In this document: one piece after another, positions 1 to 8,392 of the stretch
How the letters are laid out: each line of letters begins with the position of its first letter
Numbering within the stretch: position 1 is the first letter of the stretch
Sequence record: DRR723986_13540
DNA: 29,281 nt
Strand: one strand, 5' to 3'
Notes under the pieces: generated by a model
Database searches by the model: none
What the model was told of the DNA's origin: nothing
Seen by the model: only the letters and a program-made list of their open reading frames with translations
Program-made: the position numbers and the translations under genes

Positions 1-2
1 CC

Positions 3-194
3 GCAATTATGGTGGGCGTTAAAGATCACTCACCGCAATTTTTAAAATACTTAGACAGTATTACTCTGAATTTAGGATTAGAAATTGAAATAACGGATAA
101 AATTGAGTTTGATAACTCTATTCGCGTAAAACTAAAAGACTCAAACGAGCACCAACTTTCTCAACTAGTTGCCCAAAATATTATTGTAAAGTAA
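3..194 (+). CDS. C-terminal FeoA/SH3-like domain of a DtxR/MntR-family metal-dependent regulator (5'-truncated)
   Basis: Frame is open to the window edge; VGVKDHSPQFLKYLDS...GLEIEITDKIEFDNSI...LSQLVAQNIIV resembles Bacteroidota DtxR C-termini. Confidence 0.75.
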   Translation, partial: AIMVGVKDHSPQFLKYLDSITLNLGLEIEITDKIEFDNSIRVKLKDSNEHQLSQLVAQNIIVK

Positions 195-315
195 TTTCCT
201 TTATAGAATATTTAAATTTTCTTAGCAGCAATCTTTTAATCCAAGTTTCCTAGAATAAACTAGTACTTGGCATGTAATCTTATTTCCCTCTCTCGTTTCT
301 GAGTAGAATTTATTT

Positions 316-333
316 CACCCAAGATGCACCCAA
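316..333 (+). promoter_or_regulatory. Direct repeat CACCCAA x2 with 11-bp periodicity upstream of the HTH operon; possible protein-binding site
   Basis: cacccaa at 316-322 and 327-333. Confidence 0.35.
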
Positions 334-394
334 CTTGGCAAAAACTCAAATCAAACTGCCGCAATTTTGTCCAGAACATTAAAAACAAAATGAT

Positions 395-700
395 ATGGCA
401 ACAAACATTATTACCCCAGATGATTTAGAACAGTTCAAATGGGAACTACTTGCGGACATTAAAGAGTACCTGGATAAAAAAGTAGGAACAACGCCCGCAC
501 AAAAAGAAGAAGATTGGATCAAATCTCATCAGGTCCAAAGGTTACTTGGAATTTCTCCAGGCACATTACAAAACCTTAGAGTGAATGGCACTATCCCCTA
601 TTCAAAAGTTGGAGGAGTACTCTTCTATAAGAAGGCCGATATCCAGCACATCTTGGAACAAAATATGAGAAACAGTGATCAATCAATTAACAACCATTAA
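395..700 (+). CDS. HTH_17/excisionase-like DNA-binding protein
   Basis: WIKSHQVQRLLGISPGTLQNLRVNGTIPYSKVGGVLFY is the typical Bacteroidota mobile-element winged HTH. Confidence 0.9.
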   Translation: MATNIITPDDLEQFKWELLADIKEYLDKKVGTTPAQKEEDWIKSHQVQRLLGISPGTLQNLRVNGTIPYSKVGGVLFYKKADIQHILEQNMRNSDQSINNH

Positions 701-712
701 ATCAAAAATATT

Positions 713-967
713 ATGTCAAAACACTGCAGAATTAAACCCATTGAAACTCAAAACAATGTTATGAACATTAGAACAGAATGGATGAATGGATTAGAGGTAA
801 GCCACGCCTTAGGAATGAGCTACAAAACACTTTTACGTTTGCGCAAAAGTGGAGCTCTTCCATACAGTAAGGTCAATGGAAAAATCTATTTTAAAAGAGA
901 GGATATAGACAAATTGCTGGCTAACAGCTACCGCCAGTTTTACTGTCAATGTTGTAATAAAAAATAA
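713..967 (+). CDS. Second HTH_17/excisionase-like protein (start may be ATG 761); short Cys-rich tail CQCC
   Basis: WMNGLEVSHALGMSYKTLLRLRKSGALPYSKVNGKIYF. Confidence 0.85.
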   Translation: MSKHCRIKPIETQNNVMNIRTEWMNGLEVSHALGMSYKTLLRLRKSGALPYSKVNGKIYFKREDIDKLLANSYRQFYCQCCNKK

Positions 968-977
968 AGAATCTATT

Positions 978-1008
978 CCCCCTTTGGAGGGGGGGCGTTA
1001 GGGGGAGG
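978..1008. repeat. G/C-run hairpin (CCCCCT-ttgg-AGGGGG) followed by a second G-run; REP-like palindrome
   Basis: ccccctttggagggggggcgttagggggagg, between the HTH gene and the initiator gene. Confidence 0.5.
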
Positions 1009-1015
1009 ATATTCA

Positions 1016-1690
1016 GTGAAACAAACCGTAAATTACATAAAACACCTTGAATCATGGGCGGATAGAATCTGTTGTGATGACCGGCTAACGCCTCATCACA
1101 TCAGTCTGTACTATGCAATGTTTCACCAATGGAATTTAGCCAAATTCAAAAATCCGATATCCATTTGCAGGTCCGAGCTAATGCTCGCCTGCAAAATAGG
1201 GTCGGCCAACACTTATACAAAGTGTTTAAAACAGTTAGATATTTGGGGATATATTGAATACAAACCATCCTATAATCCAGCAAGAGGCAGCCTTGTGAAC
1301 CTGTACAATTTTGATCATAGTACTAGTAAAGGTAGTGATAAGGGTACTGATAAAGGTGCTGTAATAGCAGTGCGACCTTCATTAAACAGTATAAACAATA
1401 AAAACATTAAAACAGATAAAACAAGTAAGGTGAAAAACAAGTTTTCACCACCCTCCCTTGATGAAGTAAAAGAGTTTTTTCTTGATTTAAAAAGTACGGT
1501 AAGTGAAGCAGAAAATTTCCACAATTATTTTGAATCCAATGGCTGGTTAGTAGGTGGTAAAGCAAAAATGAAAAACTGGCAAGCTGCTGCACGAAATTGG
1601 ATTAAGAGATCCGGGAACTTCAATAAAAGCTCAACAGCGAAGGAAAGACTTCACACAAATGATGATAAAGAATATGCAACGCCTTTGTAA
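1016..1690 (+). CDS. Phage-type replication initiator / replisome-organiser-like protein
   Basis: N-terminal winged helix (HISLYYAMFHQWN...LDIWGYIEYKPS), repeat-containing linker, C-terminal FSPPSLDEV...FHNYFESNGW..G..KMKNWQAAARNW domain; directly upstream of a loader-like ATPase. Confidence 0.75.
   Translation: MKQTVNYIKHLESWADRICCDDRLTPHHISLYYAMFHQWNLAKFKNPISICRSELMLACKIGSANTYTKCLKQLDIWGYIEYKPSYNPARGSLVNLYNFDHSTSKGSDKGTDKGAVIAVRPSLNSINNKNIKTDKTSKVKNKFSPPSLDEVKEFFLDLKSTVSEAENFHNYFESNGWLVGGKAKMKNWQAAARNWIKRSGNFNKSSTAKERLHTNDDKEYATPL
1309..1440. other. Putative replication origin inside the initiator gene (12-bp iterons + A-rich tract)
   Basis: tactagtaaagg/tagtgataaggg/tactgataaagg/tgctgtaatagc at 1321-1368; A-rich stretch about 1381-1440. 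Confidence 0.55.
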
Positions 1691-1691
1691 A

Positions 1692-2339
1692 ATGAAAGAA
1701 ACCGTCAAGCCAAAAATAGAATGCCCGTATAGTATCGTGAATAATTATCGTCTCTATGATTTTAAAAAATCATGGGCTTATCTTGAATTTTTAGGTCGCG
1801 AAAAATTCGGCCCAAAATTCAAATTACAAAATGGTGATCGCGAAATCATTTACAAGTTATTCATCTACTTTATTGGTGATGAAGAAAATTGCAAACGGCA
1901 TGGACTGGAATTAGAAAAGGGCATTTTATTAAATGGTCCAGTTGGTTGTGGTAAAACATCATTAATGCATTTGATGAAAAAGTTTGCTCATCCAAATTTG
2001 TACGCGATTAAATCAACCAGAGAAATTGCTGCAGAATTCAATCAATTTGGTTATTCAGTAATTCTGAAATATGGTAAAACGCCAAAACGCATTTACTGCT
2101 TTGATGATTTAGGAGTAGAAAACAACATGAAGTATTTCGGTACAGAGTGCAACACCATTTCAGAAATACTCCTGCAGCGTTATGACTTAAATTTAATTGA
2201 TGGCACAGTAACTCACGCAACCACCAACCTCAACGCATCTGAATTAGAAGAGCTGTATGGCAACAGAGTAAGATCAAGAATGCGGGAACTCTTCAATCTC
2301 ATCTCATTCGATCGCTATGTAGGTGACAAGCGCCAATGA
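1692..2339 (+). CDS. P-loop ATPase, DnaC/IstB-like helicase-loader family (ATG 1692 preferred over 1659)
   Basis: Walker A GPVGCGKT, Walker B YCFDDLG, HATTNL, YGNRVRSRMRELFN. Confidence 0.85.
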   Translation: MKETVKPKIECPYSIVNNYRLYDFKKSWAYLEFLGREKFGPKFKLQNGDREIIYKLFIYFIGDEENCKRHGLELEKGILLNGPVGCGKTSLMHLMKKFAHPNLYAIKSTREIAAEFNQFGYSVILKYGKTPKRIYCFDDLGVENNMKYFGTECNTISEILLQRYDLNLIDGTVTHATTNLNASELEELYGNRVRSRMRELFNLISFDRYVGDKRQ

Positions 2340-2542
2340 GATTGAATAATCATGAGCGCATTTGAAGAATGGACAAAAGCGAATAGTTGTTCAATTTAAT
2401 TTCTTTTGATAGAAATGTAGATGATAAACGGAGGTAAATAAATGCCAAAATAATTAGCAAATATTTTCTTGAAATGTCTATCTTCCAAGCTTTCAGTAAC
2501 AAGTTGAATTGTTAACCCAAAACAGCTCTAAAGCTAAAGAAT

Positions 2543-3409
2543 ATGAAATTTGTTTCAACCTCAGCTCTCGCAAAGGAGAGAGATATTGATTCCAAAGAAT
2601 TATTTACGACCTTGAAAGAAAAAGGTTGGATTTACAAAAAAGATAATCAATGGCACTTGTCTAAAGAAGGAAGATTAGCCGGTGGTGATACTAAGTACAA
2701 TCCAAAATATGGTGAGTATGTTGTTTGGCCAATTGATTTAAATATTGAACAAAAAGTTGATTCACAATCCATGCTCAATGCTACTAAAATTGGTGAGCAT
2801 TTTAACATATCCAACAAAAAGGTAAATCTTTATTTATCGGATTTAGGATGGATAAGTAAAGAAAGGGGGGGGTGGGAACTTTCTAAAGCTGGAAAAAAGA
2901 ATGGAGGTCATCAAATGGAAGCTAAAAATGGCACTCCATATGCGCTTTGGGAAGAGTCGATCTTAAGCAATGTCCACTTCAAAAGAACAATTGATATCGG
3001 GGAAGGAAATTATGAAGAAGAAAAGGTTGAGACTAGCGAGAGTGAACAGTTTGATGATTTTCGAAAAAAATACCCTGCAGAAAAAAGAACTTCTGATGGC
3101 CATTATGTGAGAAGTAGAGCAGAACTTTTAATAGATAATTTCTTTTATAGAAACGGTATTGTTCACGCTTATGAAAAGAAGGTGAATATTGATGAGCCTA
3201 TGTATTGTGATTTTTATCTTCCTGAAAAGAAAATATATGTAGAATACTGGGGCTTAGAGGAAAATGCAGCATATGCAGAAAGAAAAAAAAGGAAACTTGA
3301 ATTGTATGCTAAATATGACATTAAATTGATAGAATTAAAAGATTCCGACCTTGAGAATCTGGATGAGATATTAGAAGCAAAACTTCGCAGATTAGGAATT
3401 ACAGTTTAG
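2543..3409 (+). CDS. Two antirepressor-like winged-helix repeats fused to a C-terminal PD-(D/E)xK-type nuclease domain
   Basis: Repeated STSALAK..L.EKGWI / NATKIGE..LSDLGWI units; RTSDGHYVRSRAELLIDNFF...YE...YCDFYLP...YVEYWG. Confidence 0.7.
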   Translation: MKFVSTSALAKERDIDSKELFTTLKEKGWIYKKDNQWHLSKEGRLAGGDTKYNPKYGEYVVWPIDLNIEQKVDSQSMLNATKIGEHFNISNKKVNLYLSDLGWISKERGGWELSKAGKKNGGHQMEAKNGTPYALWEESILSNVHFKRTIDIGEGNYEEEKVETSESEQFDDFRKKYPAEKRTSDGHYVRSRAELLIDNFFYRNGIVHAYEKKVNIDEPMYCDFYLPEKKIYVEYWGLEENAAYAERKKRKLELYAKYDIKLIELKDSDLENLDEILEAKLRRLGITV

Positions 3410-3414
3410 AATTT

Positions 3415-6216
3415 ATGAGTAGTTATAATAAATACCCAAGAGGATCAGAATGGAGAAGATGGGACTTACATATACATACTCCAGAAACTAATAAAAACGA
3501 TAATTTCGTAGGTAGCTCTCCTCAAGAAAAATGGGAGAAATATGTTACTGATATTAATTCCTACTCTGATGATATTGCGGTTGTAGGTATAACGGATTAT
3601 TTTTCAAGTAAAAATTACTTTCAATTCAAACAATTGATCGCTGAAGGTAAAATCACTAAAAAATTTAAGCTAGTATTACCAAATGTTGAGTTAAGAATTT
3701 CTCCTGTAACAGGTTCATCTACACCAATCAATATTCATTGTTTGTTTAATCCAAAAATAGACAATGAACTCAATGATAGATTTTTTGCTAAACTCAAATT
3801 CAATTATTCTGGCAGCGATTATTCCGCAACAGAAAGCGAGTTGATTAGGTTAGGAAAAACGTATGAGAATAACGATTCTCTCTCTGATTCTATTGCTTAT
3901 AGTAAAGGTGTAAATCAGTACGTAATTGAATTCGGATCTTTACAAGAATTATTTAACAAAGATTCAGACCTCAGAGAAAACACCATAATTGTAGTGTCGA
4001 ATAGTAGTTCAGATGGTGCTTCTGGGTTAAGTCATTCTGAATTGTTTGATGGAACGACTTCCCAACTAGATGCTACGAGAAGAAGTATATATCAACTAAC
4101 AGATGCAATATTTTCAGCAAGACCCAAAGATAGGTTGTATTTTATAGGTGAAGGTCCAGATACGATTGAAACTGTTATCAGAAAATGTGGTGGTTTGAAA
4201 CCGTGCTTTCATGGTTGTGATGCTCACTCAAATGATAGGATTTTTAATCCTGATGAAAATCGTTATTGCTGGATTAAATCAGACCCAACTTTTGAAGGTT
4301 TAAAGCAGGTTTTGTACGAGCCTGTAGATCGCGTATTTATTGGTGAAAATTATCCAGATGAAAAAGTGCTATATCAGGTTATAGATAGTGTGAAGTTCGA
4401 AGACTCGGAATTTCAAACCACTGAAATCGTTTTAAATTCGAATTTCACTGCAATAATTGGAGGTAAGTCAACAGGGAAGTCTCTGTTGCTAAAAAATATA
4501 GCAAAAACTATTGATCCAGTTGAATATAGTCGCAGAATTGAAGCAGCGAGCTTAATTGAAAAGAGAGATATTGATGGTATGGTTGTCAAATGGAAGGATG
4601 GCCAAATCAATAACCTTGGATCTGGCTCTGATGTTGAAAAAAGAATTATTTACATTCCACAATCCTATCTGAATCGAGTCGTAGATGTAGATAAAAGTAA
4701 TTCAGACATTGATAATATTATCAAGGATATTCTCTTACAAGATTCTCAATTTCAAGAATGGTATGATGCGTTGAAATTGACAGAAAGACAAATGGGCTTC
4801 AAAATCGACACATTGATATCTTCAATGTTTGAAGCTCTAAGTTCATTTTATACTTCTTCAAACGATTTGAAAAAAATTGGAGATGAGAAGGGCGTTAAAA
4901 GTCAAATTTCTAAAATCAATGGTGAAATAAAATTGATACAAGCAAAATTGAAGTTGACACCAGAAGAAATTAGTCTATTCGAAAAGAAAGTTGAATTGAT
5001 GTCAAAGATGAAACTTAAAATTGATAACTATTCGAAAGATATCAGTGTTCTTCAAGTTGCAGCGGACATAAGAATAAAGCTCTATGATCCATTAACACAT
5101 GAATTAAAAAATGAAGATTATAATCAGAAACTTCGGGATTTAGCAAAAGCCAAAGCTCAAGTTTTTTCTTTGGATTGGCAATCTGAAATTAAACAGCTAA
5201 TTGAACAGTATCAAAAAGAAATTGAGGAGGTTAAACAAAATTTGGTTAAAGAGGAGAAAGGAATTTTTGAGCTCAAACAGAAAATAGAAAGTCAAAAAAG
5301 TATTCAAGAGAAGTATAAAGCTCTAAAAGTTGAGAAAGAAAAAGAACAAAAACTTGAACAGTATAAAAAGGCCAAAGAAGAGCAGAAGAAAATTGTTAAG
5401 GATTGTGTGAACGAATTGATTGAATTGATAGGTAATTTTTACACGATTTATCTAGAAGCGAAGGACAAAATAAATAAGGATGGTTTTGATGATGAGCTCA
5501 AATTTGATATTGAAACCATTTTTTCGAGAAAACAATTTCAAGAAAATTTTGAAAGAGCTTTTTTTGATGGAAGGTCAATGAGAAGTGAAGAGTATGATTT
5601 TATCACAGAAATCAGTTTTGTAAATAAGGAAGATTTTAAAGAAAAAATAAAAAAAATCATATACGCTATTTTGAATGATAAACTTCCTGTTAAAGAAGGT
5701 TTCAGTAAAAAGGATATTATCTCGAGTCTAATAAAAAATTGGTTTTACCATAAATTTAAGGTCGAATACTACGGAGATCAGTTAAATGATATGTCCCCTG
5801 GTAAAAAATCATTTGTTTTGTTGAGGCTATTGATAGATTTGGATAATAGTAAGTGCCCTATTTTAATTGATCAACCGGAAGATGATCTTGATAATCGGTC
5901 CATTTATTATGAAGTTGTCAAATTTTTAAGAAGTAAAAAGAGTGAGCGCCAAATAATTATCGCTACACACAATCCTAATTTAGTTTTAGGTGCAGATTCA
6001 GAGCTAATTATAGTTGCTAATCAAGAGGGAAAAGATTCAAAGAACTTGAGTTCTAAGTTTGAATATATATCAGGAAGCATTGAGCATAGTTTTAGAGACG
6101 GTTCGGTGCCTGAAACTCTATATAAACAAGGAGTGCAAGAACATATATGTGATATCCTTGAAGGTGGAAGGGAAGCTTTTATCAAACGAAAAAACAAATA
6201 TCAGTTCAAAGGGTAG
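3415..6216 (+). CDS. Ppl/TrlF-like PHP phosphoesterase-SMC/ABC ATPase fusion, probable anti-phage protein
   Basis: PHP motifs GSEWRRWDLHIHTP, GITDY, NVEL, NIH, GCDAH, WIKSDPTFEGL; Walker A GGKSTGKS; coiled coil; signature MSPGKK; Walker B/D-loop LIDQPEDDLDN; H-loop ATHNPN. Confidence 0.88.
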   Translation: MSSYNKYPRGSEWRRWDLHIHTPETNKNDNFVGSSPQEKWEKYVTDINSYSDDIAVVGITDYFSSKNYFQFKQLIAEGKITKKFKLVLPNVELRISPVTGSSTPINIHCLFNPKIDNELNDRFFAKLKFNYSGSDYSATESELIRLGKTYENNDSLSDSIAYSKGVNQYVIEFGSLQELFNKDSDLRENTIIVVSNSSSDGASGLSHSELFDGTTSQLDATRRSIYQLTDAIFSARPKDRLYFIGEGPDTIETVIRKCGGLKPCFHGCDAHSNDRIFNPDENRYCWIKSDPTFEGLKQVLYEPVDRVFIGENYPDEKVLYQVIDSVKFEDSEFQTTEIVLNSNFTAIIGGKSTGKSLLLKNIAKTIDPVEYSRRIEAASLIEKRDIDGMVVKWKDGQINNLGSGSDVEKRIIYIPQSYLNRVVDVDKSNSDIDNIIKDILLQDSQFQEWYDALKLTERQMGFKIDTLISSMFEALSSFYTSSNDLKKIGDEKGVKSQISKINGEIKLIQAKLKLTPEEISLFEKKVELMSKMKLKIDNYSKDISVLQVAADIRIKLYDPLTHELKNEDYNQKLRDLAKAKAQVFSLDWQSEIKQLIEQYQKEIEEVKQNLVKEEKGIFELKQKIESQKSIQEKYKALKVEKEKEQKLEQYKKAKEEQKKIVKDCVNELIELIGNFYTIYLEAKDKINKDGFDDELKFDIETIFSRKQFQENFERAFFDGRSMRSEEYDFITEISFVNKEDFKEKIKKIIYAILNDKLPVKEGFSKKDIISSLIKNWFYHKFKVEYYGDQLNDMSPGKKSFVLLRLLIDLDNSKCPILIDQPEDDLDNRSIYYEVVKFLRSKKSERQIIIATHNPNLVLGADSELIIVANQEGKDSKNLSSKFEYISGSIEHSFRDGSVPETLYKQGVQEHICDILEGGREAFIKRKNKYQFKG

Positions 6217-6240
6217 GATTAGATTCAAATTATAAAAGAC

Positions 6241-6840
6241 AGGTTATAAGGTGTTCGTCAATCACTGCATTTTGTTTCGCAAACCATAATCAAAAGGGTG
6301 TATAAACTCATTTCATTCGCCCTTGTGCTTAATGCTTTGCTTCACACATTCCGTTCAATCCTCACCCGGTGCTGTACTGCTCCCGAAATAGTATTTGTAA
6401 GGTTTTGAGAAAACAAAACCCACAAAAACATATTCGGGATCACCGCACCTTAATATTTGTGCTCGCCTGCGGGTCGCTGCGGGCTATTCGGGCTGCTGCG
6501 CCATGCTGGCTTGCCTGAAAAGTCACAGTTTTAGAATCCAATTTGTCAGTAAGCTGCGCAAGATTTGCTTAGCACACTTCTCAAACCCACACAAGTATAG
6601 CTCCTTCAATCACCTTCATTTCTTTGCGGCTCATTCAGTTGCAAAACTTGTCTTTCCCCAGCTGCGTCAAAAACTCCGCCAGCCCTGCCCCGAAGGTTCG
6701 GGGTTGGTGCCACAACATTCATTCTTCATGTTACTCATGTCACCACCCTTGCTCCACTCGCAGGGCGCCTACGCTAAAGCTTCAGCGCCAGCGTACGGCT
6801 CGCGCACACAGGCCAACCCTCGCTCAAGGCTGTATAACCT
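6241..6840. ncRNA. Candidate large structured non-coding RNA or ssDNA element (600 bp)
   Basis: About 49% GC by hand count in AT-rich surroundings; ends aggttata/tataacct are complementary; at least 7 internal stems; no credible ORF. Confidence 0.5.
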
Positions 6841-6871
6841 TTGGACAATAAATTGAATTGAAGTACTTTTG
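6840..6871 (+). promoter_or_regulatory. Bacteroidota housekeeping promoter TTTG-N20-TAnnTTTG for merTP
   Basis: tttg 6840-6843, tacttttg 6864-6871, ATG at 6877. Confidence 0.6.
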
Positions 6872-6876
6872 TAGTA

Positions 6877-7464
6877 ATGGCGAACAAGGAAAATAAAGGG
6901 TTATTGGGCTTAGGCATCTTAACTGCTGTTGCTTCTTCTTTGTGTTGTATTACACCTGTTTTAGCAATGTTGGCTGGGTCAAGTGGAATGGCATCTAGCT
7001 TTTCTTGGATTGAACCAGCCCGACCATATTTGATTGCATCCACATTTCTGGTGCTTGGGTTGGCTTGGTGGCTAAAACTAAGGCCAGTTAAAACAGATGA
7101 CTGTGGATGTGAAGTACCGCAGAAATCTTCTTTCTTTCAATCTAAGAAGTTTTTATTGATAGTTACAATACTTGCGCTTGTAATGACAGCTTTTCCTTAC
7201 TATTCACATATATTCTATTCTTCTAATCAAACTGTTGAGGTAGCTGATGAGAATTTGGAACGAACGACCATTATGATTGAGGGCATGACTTGTGATGCTT
7301 GTCAAAAACATGTTGATCATGCCATTTTAGAATTAAAAGGAATTAGTTCAGTTGAAACATCATACGAACTTGGGCAAACTACTGTAAAGTTTGATAAGTC
7401 TCAAACGACACATAAGGATATAGTAGCAGCAATTAATAGTACAGGTTACAATGCAGTCGAGTAA
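6877..7464 (+). CDS. merTP: Mercuric transport protein MerT-MerP(HMA) fusion
   Basis: ASSLCCITP in TM1, WIEPARPY, DCGC loop, C-terminal HMA GMTCDAC. Confidence 0.9.
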   Translation: MANKENKGLLGLGILTAVASSLCCITPVLAMLAGSSGMASSFSWIEPARPYLIASTFLVLGLAWWLKLRPVKTDDCGCEVPQKSSFFQSKKFLLIVTILALVMTAFPYYSHIFYSSNQTVEVADENLERTTIMIEGMTCDACQKHVDHAILELKGISSVETSYELGQTTVKFDKSQTTHKDIVAAINSTGYNAVE

Positions 7465-7684
7465 AGAAACCATATTAGAATCAAAGATCACTTGTCCTGA
7501 ATGTGGTTATTCAAAAGTTGAGACCATGCCTACAGATGCGTGTTCTTGGTTTTATGAATGTGAAAATTGTCACAAGGTACTCAAGCCTCTTGAAGGTGAT
7601 TGTTGTGTTTACTGTAGTTATGGAACAGTTCCTTGTCCTCCAATTCAAGAGTCAGGTTCATGTTCGTCTTCTTGTTGCTCTTAA
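7451..7684 (+). CDS. GDCCVxC domain-containing Cys-rich protein
   Basis: ITCPECG...MPTDAC..FYECENC...LKPLEGDCCVYCSYGTVPCPPIQ; overlaps the merTP stop. Confidence 0.9.
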   Translation: MQSSKETILESKITCPECGYSKVETMPTDACSWFYECENCHKVLKPLEGDCCVYCSYGTVPCPPIQESGSCSSSCCS

Positions 7685-7731
7685 TATCAGCCAGTGCAAT
7701 TCCGCACTTTGTTAATTATAGTTTTCATAGC

Positions 7732-7835
7732 AGGTTTTATGGATGTCGTGCGTCCTCTTCCAGGAGGATCATCAAAAAAGTAAAAGGATAACCCACCAGC
7801 TCCACGCAGTCCATAATCCTTTCACTTTTTAGATG
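7732..7835. other. Second structured non-coding element with crossing stems
   Basis: ttatgga(7737-7743)/tccataa(7810-7816); tcctc/gagga hairpin 7753-7768; catc-aaaaagt-aaaggat(7770-7789)/atccttt-acttttt-gatg(7816-7835). Confidence 0.4.
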
Positions 7836-7851
7836 TTGTTGTACAGAACGC

Positions 7852-7888
7852 AAAAAAGGGATACCAACTTGATATCCCTTTCATTTTT
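7852..7888. terminator. Intrinsic terminator between convergent operons, probably bidirectional
   Basis: aaagggata(7855-7863)/tatcccttt(7873-7881) flanked by A- and T-rich tracts. Confidence 0.7.
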
Positions 7889-7907
7889 GAATGAGTCTAC
7901 ACCCACT

Positions 7908-8123
7908 TTAATGCTCTTTTGAGCGGTTAAACAATTTGTTTTTAAGCTTCTTCCAAGCCCATTTACACAGTTGAGTAATTACAAAACTGGCAATTGCTCC
8001 AACAGCTCCCAGTACAATTGTCCTAGTGATATCTGTTGTTTCCAAATTGGGAAGAATTGCCAGTAGTGTTCCACCGATTGTTCCAGCAACTGTATCATTT
8101 TCTATGTGATGCAATCCTGCCAT
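7908..8123 (-). CDS. Small membrane protein (holin-like or coat-protein-like)
   Basis: 71 aa; hydrophobic segments GTIGGTLLAIL and IVLGAVGAIASFVITQL; strongly basic C-terminus. Confidence 0.7.
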   Translation of the reverse strand: MAGLHHIENDTVAGTIGGTLLAILPNLETTDITRTIVLGAVGAIASFVITQLCKWAWKKLKNKLFNRSKEH

Positions 8124-8132
8124 ACAATTAGA

Positions 8133-8384
8133 TTACTCTTCACAATCAGCATCATCTGCCATTGCCGCTTGACTCATTGCTGTAGCCACAGTTCCGCCTA
8201 CAATTAAGTATCCACCAATGGTAGAAACTAATGCGGGCAGTGCAATTGGTGCAGCAACAATAGTTGTTCCTGCAGCTGCTACAACTAAGCCAATGATGCG
8301 CAACTTCTTAAAGAATGGCGGAGTTTCAACTCCACATCTCTTGAAGTAAGATTTCAATTTGTCTTTAAATCGTTCTTTCTTCAT
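8133..8384 (-). CDS. Small two-TM membrane protein (holin-like)
   Basis: Basic N-terminus, ETPPFFKKLRIIGL, Ala/Gly-rich hydrophobic hairpin; 8-9 bp from its neighbours. Confidence 0.7.
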   Translation of the reverse strand: MKKERFKDKLKSYFKRCGVETPPFFKKLRIIGLVVAAAGTTIVAAPIALPALVSTIGGYLIVGGTVATAMSQAAMADDADCEE

Positions 8385-8392
8385 ACTTAAGA

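Noticed and set aside
6241-6840. Group I/II intron or insertion sequence
   Set aside because: No host gene is interrupted; no recognisable group II domain V or termini, no transposase, and no clear target-site duplication. A MITE is not fully excluded.
6503-7043. ORFs 6503-6856, 6624-6851 and 6774-7043
   Set aside because: No recognisable motifs; they arise from GC-rich structured DNA or are antisense to merTP.
7451-7684. Selenoprotein in the GDCCVxC family
   Set aside because: No in-frame TGA; all positions are Cys and the gene ends in TAA.
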